DNA from: Octopus bimaculoides
Taxonomy: Eukaryota
DNA: 64,000 nucleotides
Assembly (NCBI RefSeq): GCF_001194135.2
Contig: NC_068989.1
Span: 27,573,812 to 27,637,811, forward strand
Reading direction: 5' to 3'
Part shown: piece by piece, positions 1-12,175 of the stretch
How the letters are laid out: every line of letters begins with the position of its first letter
Position numbering within the stretch: position 1 is the first letter of the stretch
The notes under the pieces: generated by a model
Told to the model about the DNA's origin: nothing
Database searches by the model: none
The model's input: only the letters and a program-made list of their open reading frames with translations
Made by a program: the position numbers and the translations under genes

Positions 1-601
1 CTCTAGTAAGTATTCATTTTACAGTTGTACAGTCATAAATACGAACATAAATACTGACATTTGTAGATGTATATTTTCTGAATGCCTAAGGAAATAGCCG
101 AGAGCCTGTAGAAAGCATCAATGTCAGGGATCACCATTGCAGATAGGTGTAGTTTTTGTTTTGCATTTGTATCCGTCGGTGAGGGATATTGAGACTCAAG
201 TTGGTATTTTTCTCACTTTAAACACAGTAAACAATAGCCAAGGTGAATCCCAGTGATATTGGTAATTAGTGTGACATTGTGTTTATAAGAATACGGAGGT
301 TGCTATTATTCATCCATATATTTCGGTAAAGTGTGGTAGTTAATTTAGTTAACGATTACTCTAATTCATGTCCACTGTATTGTGCTAAATTGCATTTAGT
401 AGCATGCAAACAACCTGATAGTCTTTCCGAAATCTTGTTAATGAGAAATCTTGTCTCCCGAGGAGACACATCTACACTGGGGGATGCACCTAAACCAGAC
501 ATTCAGAATACCACCCGCGTGAAATCGAGGTTAGATGGTCAAAACAACTGTAGTGACTAACGAAGTCTCTCGTATCTTCCATGTTCCGTCACTCTCATTA
601 A

Positions 602-634
<33 letters not shown>

Positions 635-883
635 NNNNNNNNNNNNNNNNNNNNNNNNNNNNNNNNNNNNNNNNNNNNNNNNNNNNNNNNNNNNNNNNNN
701 NNNNNNNNNNNNNNNNNNNNNNNNNNNNATATATATATTTCTGTTTGAATCAGAGGTTGAGAAACCAACTAAGGGATAGTACCTATATAATATACTGCTG
801 GTAGTGTACTCAGTTATTCTTACCCAAGTGCTAGTGGAGAGTATCCTGGCGATTTTGTATCCTCTCCACTTTCTTATTTGCCG

Positions 884-916
<33 letters not shown>

Positions 917-984
917 ATTATACATATATATATTTTAAAATATTGCTTTTCTAAATCTCTCAGAGAGACTTATACAGCAGCAGT

Positions 985-1205
985 ACGATAAAGTGATGGT
1001 TTGTTGCCAACTTAATGTGGCAGTCCCAGGAAAGGGAAGAATGATACTGCTATTTAGCCCCAGGAAACATCGTTTCCATTTGGTTACGTGACACAAGCGT
1101 TGTGTGTACTGAAACTTCCAAACAGGAGAGATAAGCACTTCTAACCAGCAAATCCAGCAACCAGAGACTAGTTTCAGAGTTATTGCACTTCATGAGTCTG
1201 GAGTA
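985..1205 (-). mobile_element. Penelope-like pseudo-LTR remnant related to the 45903-46113 repeat
   Basis: 1011-1110 (cttaatgtggc...tttagccccagga...gacaca...tgtgt) aligns by eye with 45921-46020. A hammerhead motif lies at the equivalent position (1161-1201). Confidence 0.6.
1161..1201 (-). ncRNA. Degenerate type I hammerhead ribozyme motif
   Basis: Minus strand: CCAGA cucauga AGUG caauaa CUCU GAAA C ua G UC | UCUGG. Stem I is perfect and stem III is palindromic (ACUAGU). The core has G5->C, so it is probably inactive. Confidence 0.65.
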
Positions 1206-1224
1206 GTTTGGCTATATATATTTG

Positions 1225-1430
1225 ATTATTGCCAAAGGACCGAAACAATCCACAGCCTTTTCATATCTTGCCAAAAATCCTAAGGGATCTACCCGGGTTC
1301 GAGTAGATCTATTTTAAGAAGCACCTTGGTCGTCTGCTGTCCAAGATCCAAAATGAGCTTATATCACATCCCTGCAAAGTAACTCAGATCAGTGTAGCAT
1401 CATCAAACTCCCTAATCCATCAAGCCAACG
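1225..1430 (+). mobile_element. CR1/L2-group LINE, ORF2 C-terminal remnant
   Basis: Translates (with frameshifts) LPKILRDLPG...FKKHLGRLLSKIQNE...VASSNSLIHQ, a typical ORF2 tail similar to the LINE at 22575-23712. Confidence 0.65.
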
Positions 1431-1539
1431 AATGAAAATCCCTACTTGATTGGTTATACAAATGACACTATCCCTGCATGTTTACAGGCATTTGGATAGA
1501 ATACATACAAATACATACAAAATAGGAATATATCCACAT

Positions 1540-1730
1540 GTGTATTGTTTGCGATTTTTTACTCCGTTTTCCTTCTCTCTTGGACTGTTCTTCCGTTTCC
1601 TGTTTCTGACGAAGAGCTTTGCTCGAAATATAGAACTACTTTTCTTTCCTTCCCTGAGCGTCTGCTAATAATCTGCATGTACCATGTCCTCGCGTTGTTG
1701 TTTTTTCTTGTGTATTACCTCGTTTTGAGG
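1540..1730 (+). mobile_element. Penelope-like pseudo-LTR fragment with decayed hammerhead motif (1602-1636)
   Basis: gttt CTGACGA a GAGC ttt GCTC GAAA tatag aac; stem III apparently lost by CpG decay. The downstream part resembles 27347-27433. Confidence 0.5.
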
Positions 1731-1842
1731 AGGGGAAGTGGGTTTAATTATATGCAGTTAGATTCAGATGAATTAGGTACTTAAGTTGAGGCACCAGAAT
1801 TCAGTATGGTATTATTCATACAGTTTCAAAATACGGTGATTA

Positions 1843-3373
1843 AAATCAAAATAAGGAAAGGCTATCCAGAGGTAATGCAGTACGATCGTTTCAACCGACT
1901 CCATTTAATTGAAAAATGCAACTATTACACCAATTTAAAAGCAGAGCAATCCTCAGCTGCATAAATACATCGAATTAAATTAAATTAAACATGGACAAAT
2001 TAGTATAATTTTACCTAAAATCTCCAAGAAGGTAAAGAGATAGATAAAGAACATCATGTCTTCACTTCAGCTTAGAAGCTACTAAGGTAGCAGGAAAAAC
2101 GACCTGTTAGAGATCTAGCTTGTCACTTTTTTTCTGGGTCAGTTTTAATTTATAGTCTTGTTTATCAAATCTTTGTATATCAAAATCTAAGGCCAAAGAA
2201 CAACGAGCAGTGTCTGTTAGGTAAGGGGCTGAGGGAGCCGACAGAAATCATAGTGGGTATAGTCATAAAACTATCAAGATTTATTTGGAGCAATATATTG
2301 AGATTTGGTAAAGGAAATCTTAAATCAAGATGTTAGCTGACAATTAAATGGCCAAGACTCTAGAAAACCAACGATAATAATACAGGGGAAATTTTATTAT
2401 GGAGTACTATAGTTATATATTTTAAAACAATATTACCATATTGTATAAAGTTAAAATTTAAGGGTATCAAGAAGATTATTAAGAAGAATATTATAACAAA
2501 GGATAAAATATTTTTGAATACTTTTGAGTAATATACCAAATTTTACCACACTAAAAGGAGGAAAAAATTACATAGAAATAGTTTAATATTTATACATATA
2601 TATTTAAATATTAAGTTATTCTAATAACTTAATATCTATGAAGATTGATGATTGGCATTTACTGGTATTTAATAAAAAAAGTACTGAGGTGAAAGAAAAT
2701 GCAAATCATATATTAATTAAATTATAATCTAAGCAGTTTATTTTAAGTTGTGAAGATACCGATATTTTTTATATAAGCTAAGCATGAATTTATAGGGGTA
2801 CAAAAATTACGTTTATATCATAACGGCTATTATAAAATAATAAAATGATCTGGTAGGGTAGAACACCATAGAAAAGGAATAAGATAGCTTACTCACTAAA
2901 ACCAGTATGTATGCCTTATTAACATCAATAGAGAAGATATATAGAAAATGTATAATGATTTAAGTATTTAAGCTAAAAATTGTTTATTTATTTTTTTATC
3001 TTGTATCAATAAAGACTGATACCTGGTTTCAACTAAAGGAATATTGATGTTATAGCACACGCTAACTATGTACTAATTATAAACAAAGAGGTATATTATA
3101 GATTTTAAAAGTTGTTAGTGTTACTGCACATGATATTATAGTTTCTTGGGGGTACTTAATTAGAAGGGCTACTTTCATAAAGGCCCTTATAAATACTAAG
3201 ATCAGGCGGGTGGAACACTATAAGAAAGGGATAAATTAAGTAATTACTAAAACCATTTTAAACAATTGCTCTGCATTTAAATTGATGTAATGGTTGCATT
3301 GTTCAATTAAATAGAGTCGCTTGAAACGACCGCACTGCATTACCTCTCGATATCCTGTTGCTTATTTTGATTT
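1843..3373 (-). mobile_element. Highly decayed Penelope-like element bounded by ~108-bp inverted pseudo-LTR copies
   Basis: 1843-1950 and 3265-3373 are reverse complements (ttgctctgc...caattaaat(g/a)gagtcg(g/c)ttgaaacga(t/c)cg(t/c)actgcattacctct...ttattttgattt). Faint PPFS and GIY-YIG-linker-like traces on the minus strand at about 2100-2580. Confidence 0.55.
1875..1962 (-). ncRNA. Type I hammerhead-like motif with long, irregular stem II
   Basis: AUGCAG CUGAGGA ...(~55 nt)... GAAA C gauc G UA | CUGCAU. 6-bp stem I, intact core, palindromic stem III ACGAUCGU. Confidence 0.55.
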
Positions 3374-4438
3374 ATATATGTATATATATATATATANNNN
3401 NNNNNNNNNNNNNNNNNNNNNNNNNNNNNNNNNNNNNNNNNNNNNNNNNNNNNNNNNNNNNNNNNNNNNNNNNNNNNNNNNNNNNNNNNNNNNNNNNNNN
3501 NNNNNNNNNNNNNNNNNNNNNNNNNNNNNNNNNNNNNNNNNNNNNNNNNNNNNNNNNNNNNNNNNNNNNNNNNNNNNNNNNNNNNNNNNNNNNNNNNNNN
3601 NNNNNNNNNNNNNNNNNNNNNNNNNNNNNNNNNNNNNNNNNNNNNNNNNNATGTGTGTGTGTGGGGGGGGGGTGCGTGTATGTGTAATTTTTGTATTTGG
3701 TGTGCAATTTCATGATGCGAACTCGTGTGGTGAAACAAACTGTATCTTGGGAGGAGCATTGTGCCAATAACAATAAACATGCCCAGTGATTCAATTCCGT
3801 TTCTTTATTGTTAATGTATTGGTTTATTATTTAACCAACCAACTATTTGATTGCTTGTTTAATCCGTTGGGTAAACAATCAATCAGTTGTTTGTGGAATT
3901 ATCTTCATCGCCATTTACGATAACAGCTTTGAAATAATAGTGAGATATTTATACATTACTTAATTTAACCGACAAAAGCTTGTGCAAACTTTTTCCCCTC
4001 TCTCCCTCACCATAGTACTTTCTATTGGCAAGCATTGCAAGATGACAAACATTATTTTGATTACAAGTTCTATGTCAGAGTATCTTACACCGTGAAGAGC
4101 TACCTTCACTATAGTTGTATCAAAAACCATTTAACCCAGAGATGAGATACTGATAGATATAGTAATTAAGGAGTAACTCCACGCTGCTCACAACTCCAGA
4201 ACTACCGAACTGGAGCCTCTCTAACAGAGGTAGTTTAATGTCATACACAGGAAATATATTTTTTTGCACATACGTGAACACACACGCACGCACATGCACA
4301 CACATACACACACATATAATTATAAATATATATATATAGATAGATACAGATTTAGATATAGATATATATATTCACGCGTGCGCCCATACTTGTGGTCACG
4401 TTTTTTACTGTAATATATATATTTGTTCTGCAACATAG

Positions 4439-4481
4439 TGCTTTGACTAACTGGGTTGATTTAGATAGGTACCAGATTGAA
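4439..4481 (+). CDS. Isolated candidate small exon (xALTNWVDLDRYQIE)
   Basis: ttgttctgcaacatag| 43 bp |gtaagt, open in phase 2->0. Not linked directly to the downstream exon chain. Confidence 0.25.
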
Positions 4482-4681
4482 GTAAGTGCAGGGGATCAAC
4501 TTAATCAACTAAAAGGTTTGAAGACGGCACCACAACATGGTTTTATTACAACGAATGACAGACAGAAGAGTAAAAGTAGACAGATAGAGAGGCAGAGCGA
4601 CAGAGGCAGAGAGGCAGAGAGACAGAGAGAGACAGAGACAGATAGAAACAGAGAGAGAGAGAGTGTGTGTGTGTGTGTGTA

Positions 4682-4785
<104 letters not shown>

Positions 4786-4924
4786 GTTGCTGTGCATGAT
4801 GTTCTTATTAATTTTAAAAGATTCATTTGGACAGTAGACGAGACATTGTTTCATGCGCTTTCCATTAGCACTTTAAAGACAATCTCCTTGGTATATACAT
4901 ACACACGCATATTCATATTAACAA

Positions 4925-6014
4925 CTAGATACCCGGCGTTGTTCGGGATTGAAATGTCATAGTTTGTATATATACCACAATTTTGTTGAAACAGGGGATA
5001 CGGAAAGTGCAGCATTGACGACATGATCGTTGTGGAGTAAATAACGAGCTAATTCGAATGAGTAATATGTCATGCGTCCGTGTTTGGAGTATTGTAGATC
5101 CTAACTTGTCATGGAAAATTAGGGATGGGAGTATGTGCCTGCCGTTGCTGACTTTGAGAAAGTCATATCTCGCTTCTCTCTTTAGACTCCACATGACGTG
5201 GTGCAGCATGCCTTTGCTGATCATGAGAAAGTCTCATCTTACGTCTGTCTTGAGGCTCCATTTGAAGTACTGCGGCATGCTTTGCTGATGTTGAGAATGT
5301 TTCATCTCACTTCCTTTTGACGTACTGCAGTATGCATTTACTGGTGTTAAGAAAGTTTCCTCTCCATTCACACTTGAAACTTCATTCGACGAGCTGCAGC
5401 ATGCCTTTTGCTGATCTTAAGAAAGTCTCATCTCGCTTCTGTCTTGAGACTCTATTTGATGTGCTGCTGCATAACTTTGTTGATCTTCGTAAAGTCTCAT
5501 CTCCTTTCTCTCTTGACACTACATACGACGCGCTGCAGCATGTATTTGCTGATCTTGTGAAAGTCTTCTGAAAGTAAATGCGTATTTTTATATACTTTGG
5601 ACCTGTCACCTAATTGTTTTTGTCAAAAGTTTCACCTCTCGCCGTTCGTTATGTCAGTCAACACACATACACTGACACACCATTCTGCTGTCATGGTGGT
5701 AAAGACAGAAAGTTGCCGATGCGTAATGTTATTCACATTAGGATATACAGTAAAATTATAAGTAAAAGAATAAAAGTGTAACAATATGTTGGCTTAGAAT
5801 GAAAGTTGAAAGAATAAAAGTGAAACAATATTATATGATATTACAATGTAGATCTTATTCTTTCAATTTTGACACGTAATAGCGAACCAGTGCCAATGTT
5901 ATATTTTTTGATCCGGGGTCTGACAATATTATCTTTTAAAATTTAATTTGATTTAATTCGAACCGTTTTAGAAAGCATAGGGAACAGACGGACACAGAAT
6001 TTTATATATCTAGA
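4925..6014 (-). mobile_element. Non-autonomous Helitron
   Basis: Minus strand starts TC (6014) and ends with a hairpin (cccgaacaacgccggg) plus CTAG (4925). 4990-5130 is homologous to 60710-60840. Confidence 0.7.
5140..5570. repeat. Diverged ~69-bp minisatellite, about 6 units, inside the Helitron
   Basis: Recurring unit (c)tttgctgatctt.agaaagtctcatctc...cttgagact...gacg.gctgcagcatg. Confidence 0.8.
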
Positions 6015-6419
6015 CGAGGAACTTTCAAACCCCGTTTAAGCGTAAAAACTCTACAAGAGAATAGCTTTATAAGGTATGACCACTAAATGGCGTGGTTGAA
6101 ATCTCATTGGTAAGTAATAACAGCTTTTCGGCTGTATGTGGTCCATAGCGGTCACACGTACGCATGCACGACCGCATGCACATTTTTCGTTAGAGAAAGA
6201 AATGTAAATAGTGTATCTAAATAGATTGAGTGCAAAAAACTTAAATAAGTAATGTTGTCGGGAGGATGTGCAAATACCGTAAAGACGAAAGAGAAAATAG
6301 AAATACTCAGAAGTCAATTTTCAGGAAGGTGCCGCAAAACTAAATTTAAACACACTGGGTGAACAAAAATTAAAAATAGCTAAATCATTTATCAGGGAGA
6401 ACGAACAAAATCCGTAGCA

Positions 6420-6916
6420 ACAGAGATTTTTACGAACGACTAATTGAAATACACGGAAACCAATTTGTAGACAGAAGTGTGTAAGTGTGTGAGTGAGTTA
6501 AAGAGAGAGAGAGAGAGTGTGTGTTTGTGTGTGAGAGAAACAGACATAGATTAAAAGAGAGGAACTATTACAGAGAGTGAGGGAGAATATGTGTAAGTAA
6601 GAGAGACAGAGAATGAGAAAGAGAGAGAGAAGTGACAAATAAGCAGAGAATGAAAAAGGGGAGAATCGGTTGCAAATTGCAGACGTTTCAAGAGAAAAAC
6701 CTGTGAAACACCGTTTTTCCCGGTTTCTCGCTTTACGCGGGAGCCCTGGGCGAAATTTTATAATGCATGACCATCCTTGGCACATAGGTAATGTGTGTGT
6801 AATATTTGGTGAAAATTGTTTGAAAATTATAGAAATGCGTAAGTACTACACGCACAGACACACATACATACACACACACAGTCACGCACAAACTTCCTTT
6901 GTTTTATTTATATAGA
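6420..6916 (-). mobile_element. Helitron 5' portion
   Basis: Ends ...cacaaacttcctttgttttatttatatagat (TC start on the minus strand) with CA/GA microsatellites, the same terminal style as 5990-6014. Confidence 0.45.
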
Positions 6917-7158
6917 TGACTCCAACATTTAAAGTTTTTGATTTTGTTCCAAGTATTTAGCCGACATCTTGAGGAAACAAAAAAAGCAGATACAGAGGTA
7001 TATGAGATACATATGTGCAGCTGAAACGAAGAGCCACATCAACATAGATTCATTCTATATTCATATAGAAAATAAAAAGCATTCAAATATTATATCTTCG
7101 CCAAACACATATTTTTATGAACGCTTCATTACCACAGAAGATATACAAAAATGTAACT

Positions 7159-7263
<105 letters not shown>

Positions 7264-7426
7264 GCGCGCGAATATATTTACATATATATACTTACATATA
7301 TATATATGTCTGTGTATGTTACGTATGGTATGTGTGCGTATTTCTAAGTATACTATAGAAAGTATGCGCTATTTACAGAATGCTGATAGAGAGCCAATGC
7401 GAAAAAATACAGCGCAGAGGAAATTC

Positions 7427-8045
7427 AAAACGCAAATCATAGGAGGTCAAACAGATACCCGAACGCGTAAATGAAGATATTCAATCAATGTAATTGAATC
7501 ATGAATCATGCATGTACAGGCGTAAAGATTCACCAAGAGTATAAAGAATGAAACCAAACATACCTAAAAATATATAAGAAATATAAAAACAAATAAAAAT
7601 ACATATAAAATTAAATATAAATAAATATTACATTTATAAAGTTTTGCGTGATAAATATAGGAGGTGCACAATGAATGAGAGGTTGATACATATAGGAATA
7701 TAAATACCAACCTTCAAAATGGCAAACCACCTAAATCATCTAAAAATTCCTTATACATCTAGGATATGACGCAAGATATCAAGGTTAAGAAAACTAAATA
7801 AAATAGGATCCGAAAGTAGGAGTCGGTTCCGTCTACAGCCCTTTCGGGGGTACATTACCGGTCAGGGTTAAAAATTAAATATCCCATATATGCAATGTCC
7901 CCATCATCAGATGGATGCCATACCCTTGGGGATCTATACAGGCATAATTATCTTGATGTGTATAAATATATGATTAAATTACATTGATTGAATATCTTCA
8001 TTTATGCGTTCCGGAATTTGTTTGACTGCCTATGATTTGCGTTTT
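7427..8045 (-). mobile_element. Penelope-like pseudo-LTR with ~75-bp inverted terminal copy and decayed hammerhead (7828-7915)
   Basis: 7427-7503 and 7970-8045 are reverse complements (aaaacgcaaatcatagg..gtcaaaca...aaatgaagatattcaatcaatgtaatt). Minus strand has CTGATGA tgggg acattg...taatgt accccc GAAA. Confidence 0.6.
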
Positions 8046-8053
8046 CAGTTTAG

Positions 8054-8071
8054 TCTATAATATAAATCCCG

Positions 8072-8116
<45 letters not shown>

Positions 8117-9060
8117 TGAATGGGTAAAAGGTTATAACGGCCGTATTTTTCAACTGATTTTCCCTAAAGTGAGAACACAGATTGCTTGTGTACCAGAGAT
8201 GGTTTTAGAGTCTTAAATTTTTTCACATAACATGGAACGGTCCCTCTAAAAGCAGAAAACATCCGTTCCTGGGTTACTTCAAGAAGGAAGGTAACTCTTT
8301 GCGAAATAACTTTCAGAAATTTATTGTCTCCTTTACATCCATTAGTCATAAAAAAATTTTAATATCGCCTTTGAAAGTTTTTTAAAATATTTACTTCCGG
8401 TTTTCTAGCGTCAGTGACGTCTCTTTCTCTCTATCGGTATCTCTCTGTATCCATCTCTGTTTCTCTATATCTCTCTATCTATATCTCTCTATTCCTGTCT
8501 GTCTCTCTATATATTTCTATCCATATATCTCTATCCATCTCTATATCTATATCTATATATTTCTCTGTATCTCTCTGCCTATATCACATCGATCTATCTT
8601 TATCTATCTTATTTGTCTAACTAGCTAGCTCTTGCTCTCTTCCCTTCTCTCTATATCTTATTCACTCTCTATTGTTTTCACTTTCAGTTCAATCGCTGTT
8701 GTTTTCACTGTAAGTTTTCAATCGCTGTTTACAAACAACGAAAAATTACTAACAAAGAAGTTTCTGTTGTTATATATACATATGCATACACACACATATA
8801 CATATATGCATATGCATACATACACATATACATACACACATGCATGCATACATACATACATACATACATAAATACATACATATATACATAGGCATACACA
8901 CACACACACACTGACCCCCACACATGCGCACAAACAAACACAAAAGAATGCAGTGTAAATAACGGACAGAGTCAAGACTATTGAAAAGGTTGCAAGACGC
9001 AACGAAAATTTTAGGAAAATAAAAATAAGAAATGAGTGGAAATTTTACCGGTGAGTGTGT
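8054..9060 (+). mobile_element. Non-autonomous Helitron (5' part)
   Basis: Starts TCtataatataaatcccgttctgtgtg. 8150-8360 is homologous to 59380-59590, which precedes a Helitron helicase. Confidence 0.6.
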
Positions 9061-9108
9061 TAAATTATAAAGCACAAGAAGAAAATGACTCTCCCTCAGA
9101 CACAACAG

Positions 9109-9162
<54 letters not shown>

Positions 9163-9680
9163 NNNNNNNNNNNNNNNNNNNNNNNNNNNNNNNNNNNNNN
9201 NNNNNNNNNNNNNNNNNNNNNNNNNNNNNNNNNNNNNNNNNNNNNNNNNNNNNNNNNNNNNNNNNNNNNNNNNNNNNNNNNNNNNNNNNNNNNNNNNNNN
9301 NNNNNNNNNNNNNNNNNNNNNNNNNNNNNNNNNNNNNNNNNNNNNNNNNNNNNNNNNNNNNNNNNNNNNNNNNNNNNNNNNNNNNNNNNNNNNNNNNNNN
9401 NNNNNNNNNNNNNNNNNNNNNNNNNNNNNNNNNNNNNNNNNNNNNNNNNNNNNNNNNNNNNNNNNNNNNNNNNNNNNNNNNNNNNNNNNNNNNNNNNNNN
9501 NNNNNNNNNNNNNNNNNNNNNNNNNNNNNNNNNNNNNNNNNNNNNNNNNNNNNNNNNNNNNNNNNNNNNNNNNNNNNNNNNNNNNNNNNNNNNNNNNNNN
9601 NNNNNNNNNNNNNNNNNNNNNNNNNNNNNNNNNNNNNNNNNNNNNNNNNNNNNNNNNNNNNNNNNNNNNNNNNNNNNNNN

Positions 9681-9739
<59 letters not shown>

Positions 9740-9771
9740 TTCATATATATTCTTTTAATATTTAACTTGAG

Positions 9772-10155
9772 TAATTTGACTGCAGCCATGCTGGAGCAGT
9801 ACGTTTAATCGAATAGATCGATCCAAAGAATTATTCTTTGTAAGCATAGTACTTATCTTATCGATCTCTTTTGCCGAACCACTATGTGACGGAGACGTAA
9901 ACACACCAACATCGGTTCTCTAGCGATGCTGGTGGGACAAACACAGACACACAAACATACACACACATACATATATACACACACATTTATATGACGGGCT
10001 TCTTTCACTTTCCATCTCATACATCCACTCACAAGACTTTGGTCGGCCCGAAGCTGTGCTAAAAGACACTTGCACAAGGTGCTATGCAGTAGGACTGAAC
10101 CCGGAAGTATGTGGTTGGTAAGCAAGCTAGATACCACACTGCCATGCTTGCGCTC
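9772..10155 (-). mobile_element. tRNA-derived SINE (major family in this window)
   Basis: Reverse complement of the 21151-21558 family: tRNA-like head at about 10090-10155, body gacgggcttctttca..., tail ttgactgcagccatgctggagca. Confidence 0.85.
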
Positions 10156-10241
10156 ATAGCTACATACCACACAGCCGTGCCTGCGCCCATAGCAACATAT
10201 CAGACAGCCACGTCTACGCCCATTATATACATACATACATA

Positions 10242-10281
<40 letters not shown>

Positions 10282-11599
10282 NNNNNNNNNNNNNNNNNNN
10301 NNNNNNNNNNNNNNNNNNNNNNNNNNNNNNNNNNNNNNNNNNNNNNNNNNNNNNNNNNNNNNNNNNNNNNNNNNNNNNNNNNNNNNNNNNNNNNNNNNNN
10401 NNNNNNNNNNNNNNNNNNNNNNNNNNNNNNNNNNNNNNNNNNNNNNNNNNNNNNNNNNNNNNNNNNNNNNNNNNNNNNNNNNNNNNNNNNNNNNNNNNNN
10501 NNNNNNNNNNNNNNNNNNNNNNNNNNNNNNNNNNNNNNNNNNNNNNNNNNNNNNNNNNNNNNNNNNNNNNNNNNNNNNNNNNNNNNNNNNNNNNNNNNNN
10601 NNNNNNNNNNNNNNNNNNNNNNNNNNNNNNNNNNNNNNNNNNNNNNNNNNNNNNNNNNNNNNNNNNNNNNNNNNNNNNNNNNNNNNNNNNNNNNNNNNNN
10701 NNNNNNNNNNNNNNNNNNNNNNNNNNNNNNNNNNNNNNNNNNNNNNNNNNNNNNNNNNNNNNNNNNNNNNNNNNNNNNNNNNNNNNNNNNNNNNNNNNNN
10801 NNNNNNNNNNNNNNNNNNNNNNNNNNNNNNNNNNNNNNNNNNNNNNNNNNNNNNNNNNNNNNNNNNNNNNNNNNNNNNNNNNNNNNNNNNNNNNNNNNNN
10901 NNGTGTGTGTATGTGTGGAATATACGTATGCATTTATACATATACATATATATATATATATATATATATGCAAATGTGGTATCGACATTAGGTGATATAC
11001 TGTCCTTACTATCATTCAATGAAAGATTACATTGGGAGGTGATTATTGATCGATACCACTTTAGTATCAGTACCTATCAAGAAAGTTTCAAATTGTAAGC
11101 AGAAATGTTATTTCCTGTCTACGTATTTTTCTTTCAATATTGTTAGTCACATATTAATAAGTTTATGAAATATGCTGACGTATAAGATAGAAACTGATAG
11201 GTGTAGATAAGCGTAGAACATTTTTTTTTCTAATTCTCAATTATATATCAAAATAATTCATCTATAAATAGGTACCACCAAAACGGATGTTAAAGACGGA
11301 AACCCCTCCGTTTACCTTCCTCCTAAAGTGATTGCAACCAGAAAAAGGATAAACTATTTTGTTTAACATTCAAGGTCTTGAAACTTCTTCAACAGCGACA
11401 TCTTAGATGATCATGTGATAGAAAGTACAAAAAAAATCCATAAATATAGTTAATGTTGATTTCACCGATACGAGAAACATTGTAAAGTATTTTGGAAATA
11501 AATTGTCTTTAGACACTTTCTTAAATTTTCGGCTATTTACGTATATATGTGCTTTTATTACCAAGGTGTATATCAGTTTCTTTGTTTGAGCGAATATGG

Positions 11600-11679
<80 letters not shown>

Positions 11680-12088
11680 TTTATTTTTCTGTCAAAATAT
11701 AACTTTCTTTCAAGAAAATAATTTGGTTTCAAAATATTGAAAAAATAGATAGAGTAGAAGTGATCAAGTCGAACCTGAGGCGTTAGATAATTGTAAAGGA
11801 TACAATAGAATAAGTTCAAATCAGGCAGACTATCATTAACACATACACATACGGTTTTAGCTAAGATAAAATATGAATTGTCCAAGCTGAAACATATATT
11901 CATATATCAAAGATATATAAATATATAAATATAAAAAAGTATATGAATACTAGAAATATACATATATAAACATAATAATAATAATGGAATATAGATAAAA
12001 ACCGTTTTTAAAAGATTAAAATATCGTGTAGATTAAGTAATAGGTATTAAAAAGAGTTTTGGGATACATGTTAGAAGAAAATACAGTA

Positions 12089-12175
12089 TTCCAACGATCG
12101 TTTCTGGAGATCATTCGACCAAATTAAAGATGAATCTTAAGATTTGTTGTCAGAGAATGCCCCTTCATCAGGGAA
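12089..12175 (-). ncRNA. Hammerhead-like motif in a Penelope-type pseudo-LTR
   Basis: UUCC CUGAUGA agggg cauuc...gaaug aucucca GAAA C gauc G UU | GGAA. Palindrome AACGATCGTT in stem III; mismatch at the base of stem II. Confidence 0.5.

Noticed and set aside
5140-5570. Regularly spaced repeats considered as a CRISPR array
   Set aside because: Contiguous diverged units without unique spacers, in a eukaryotic context with no cas genes.
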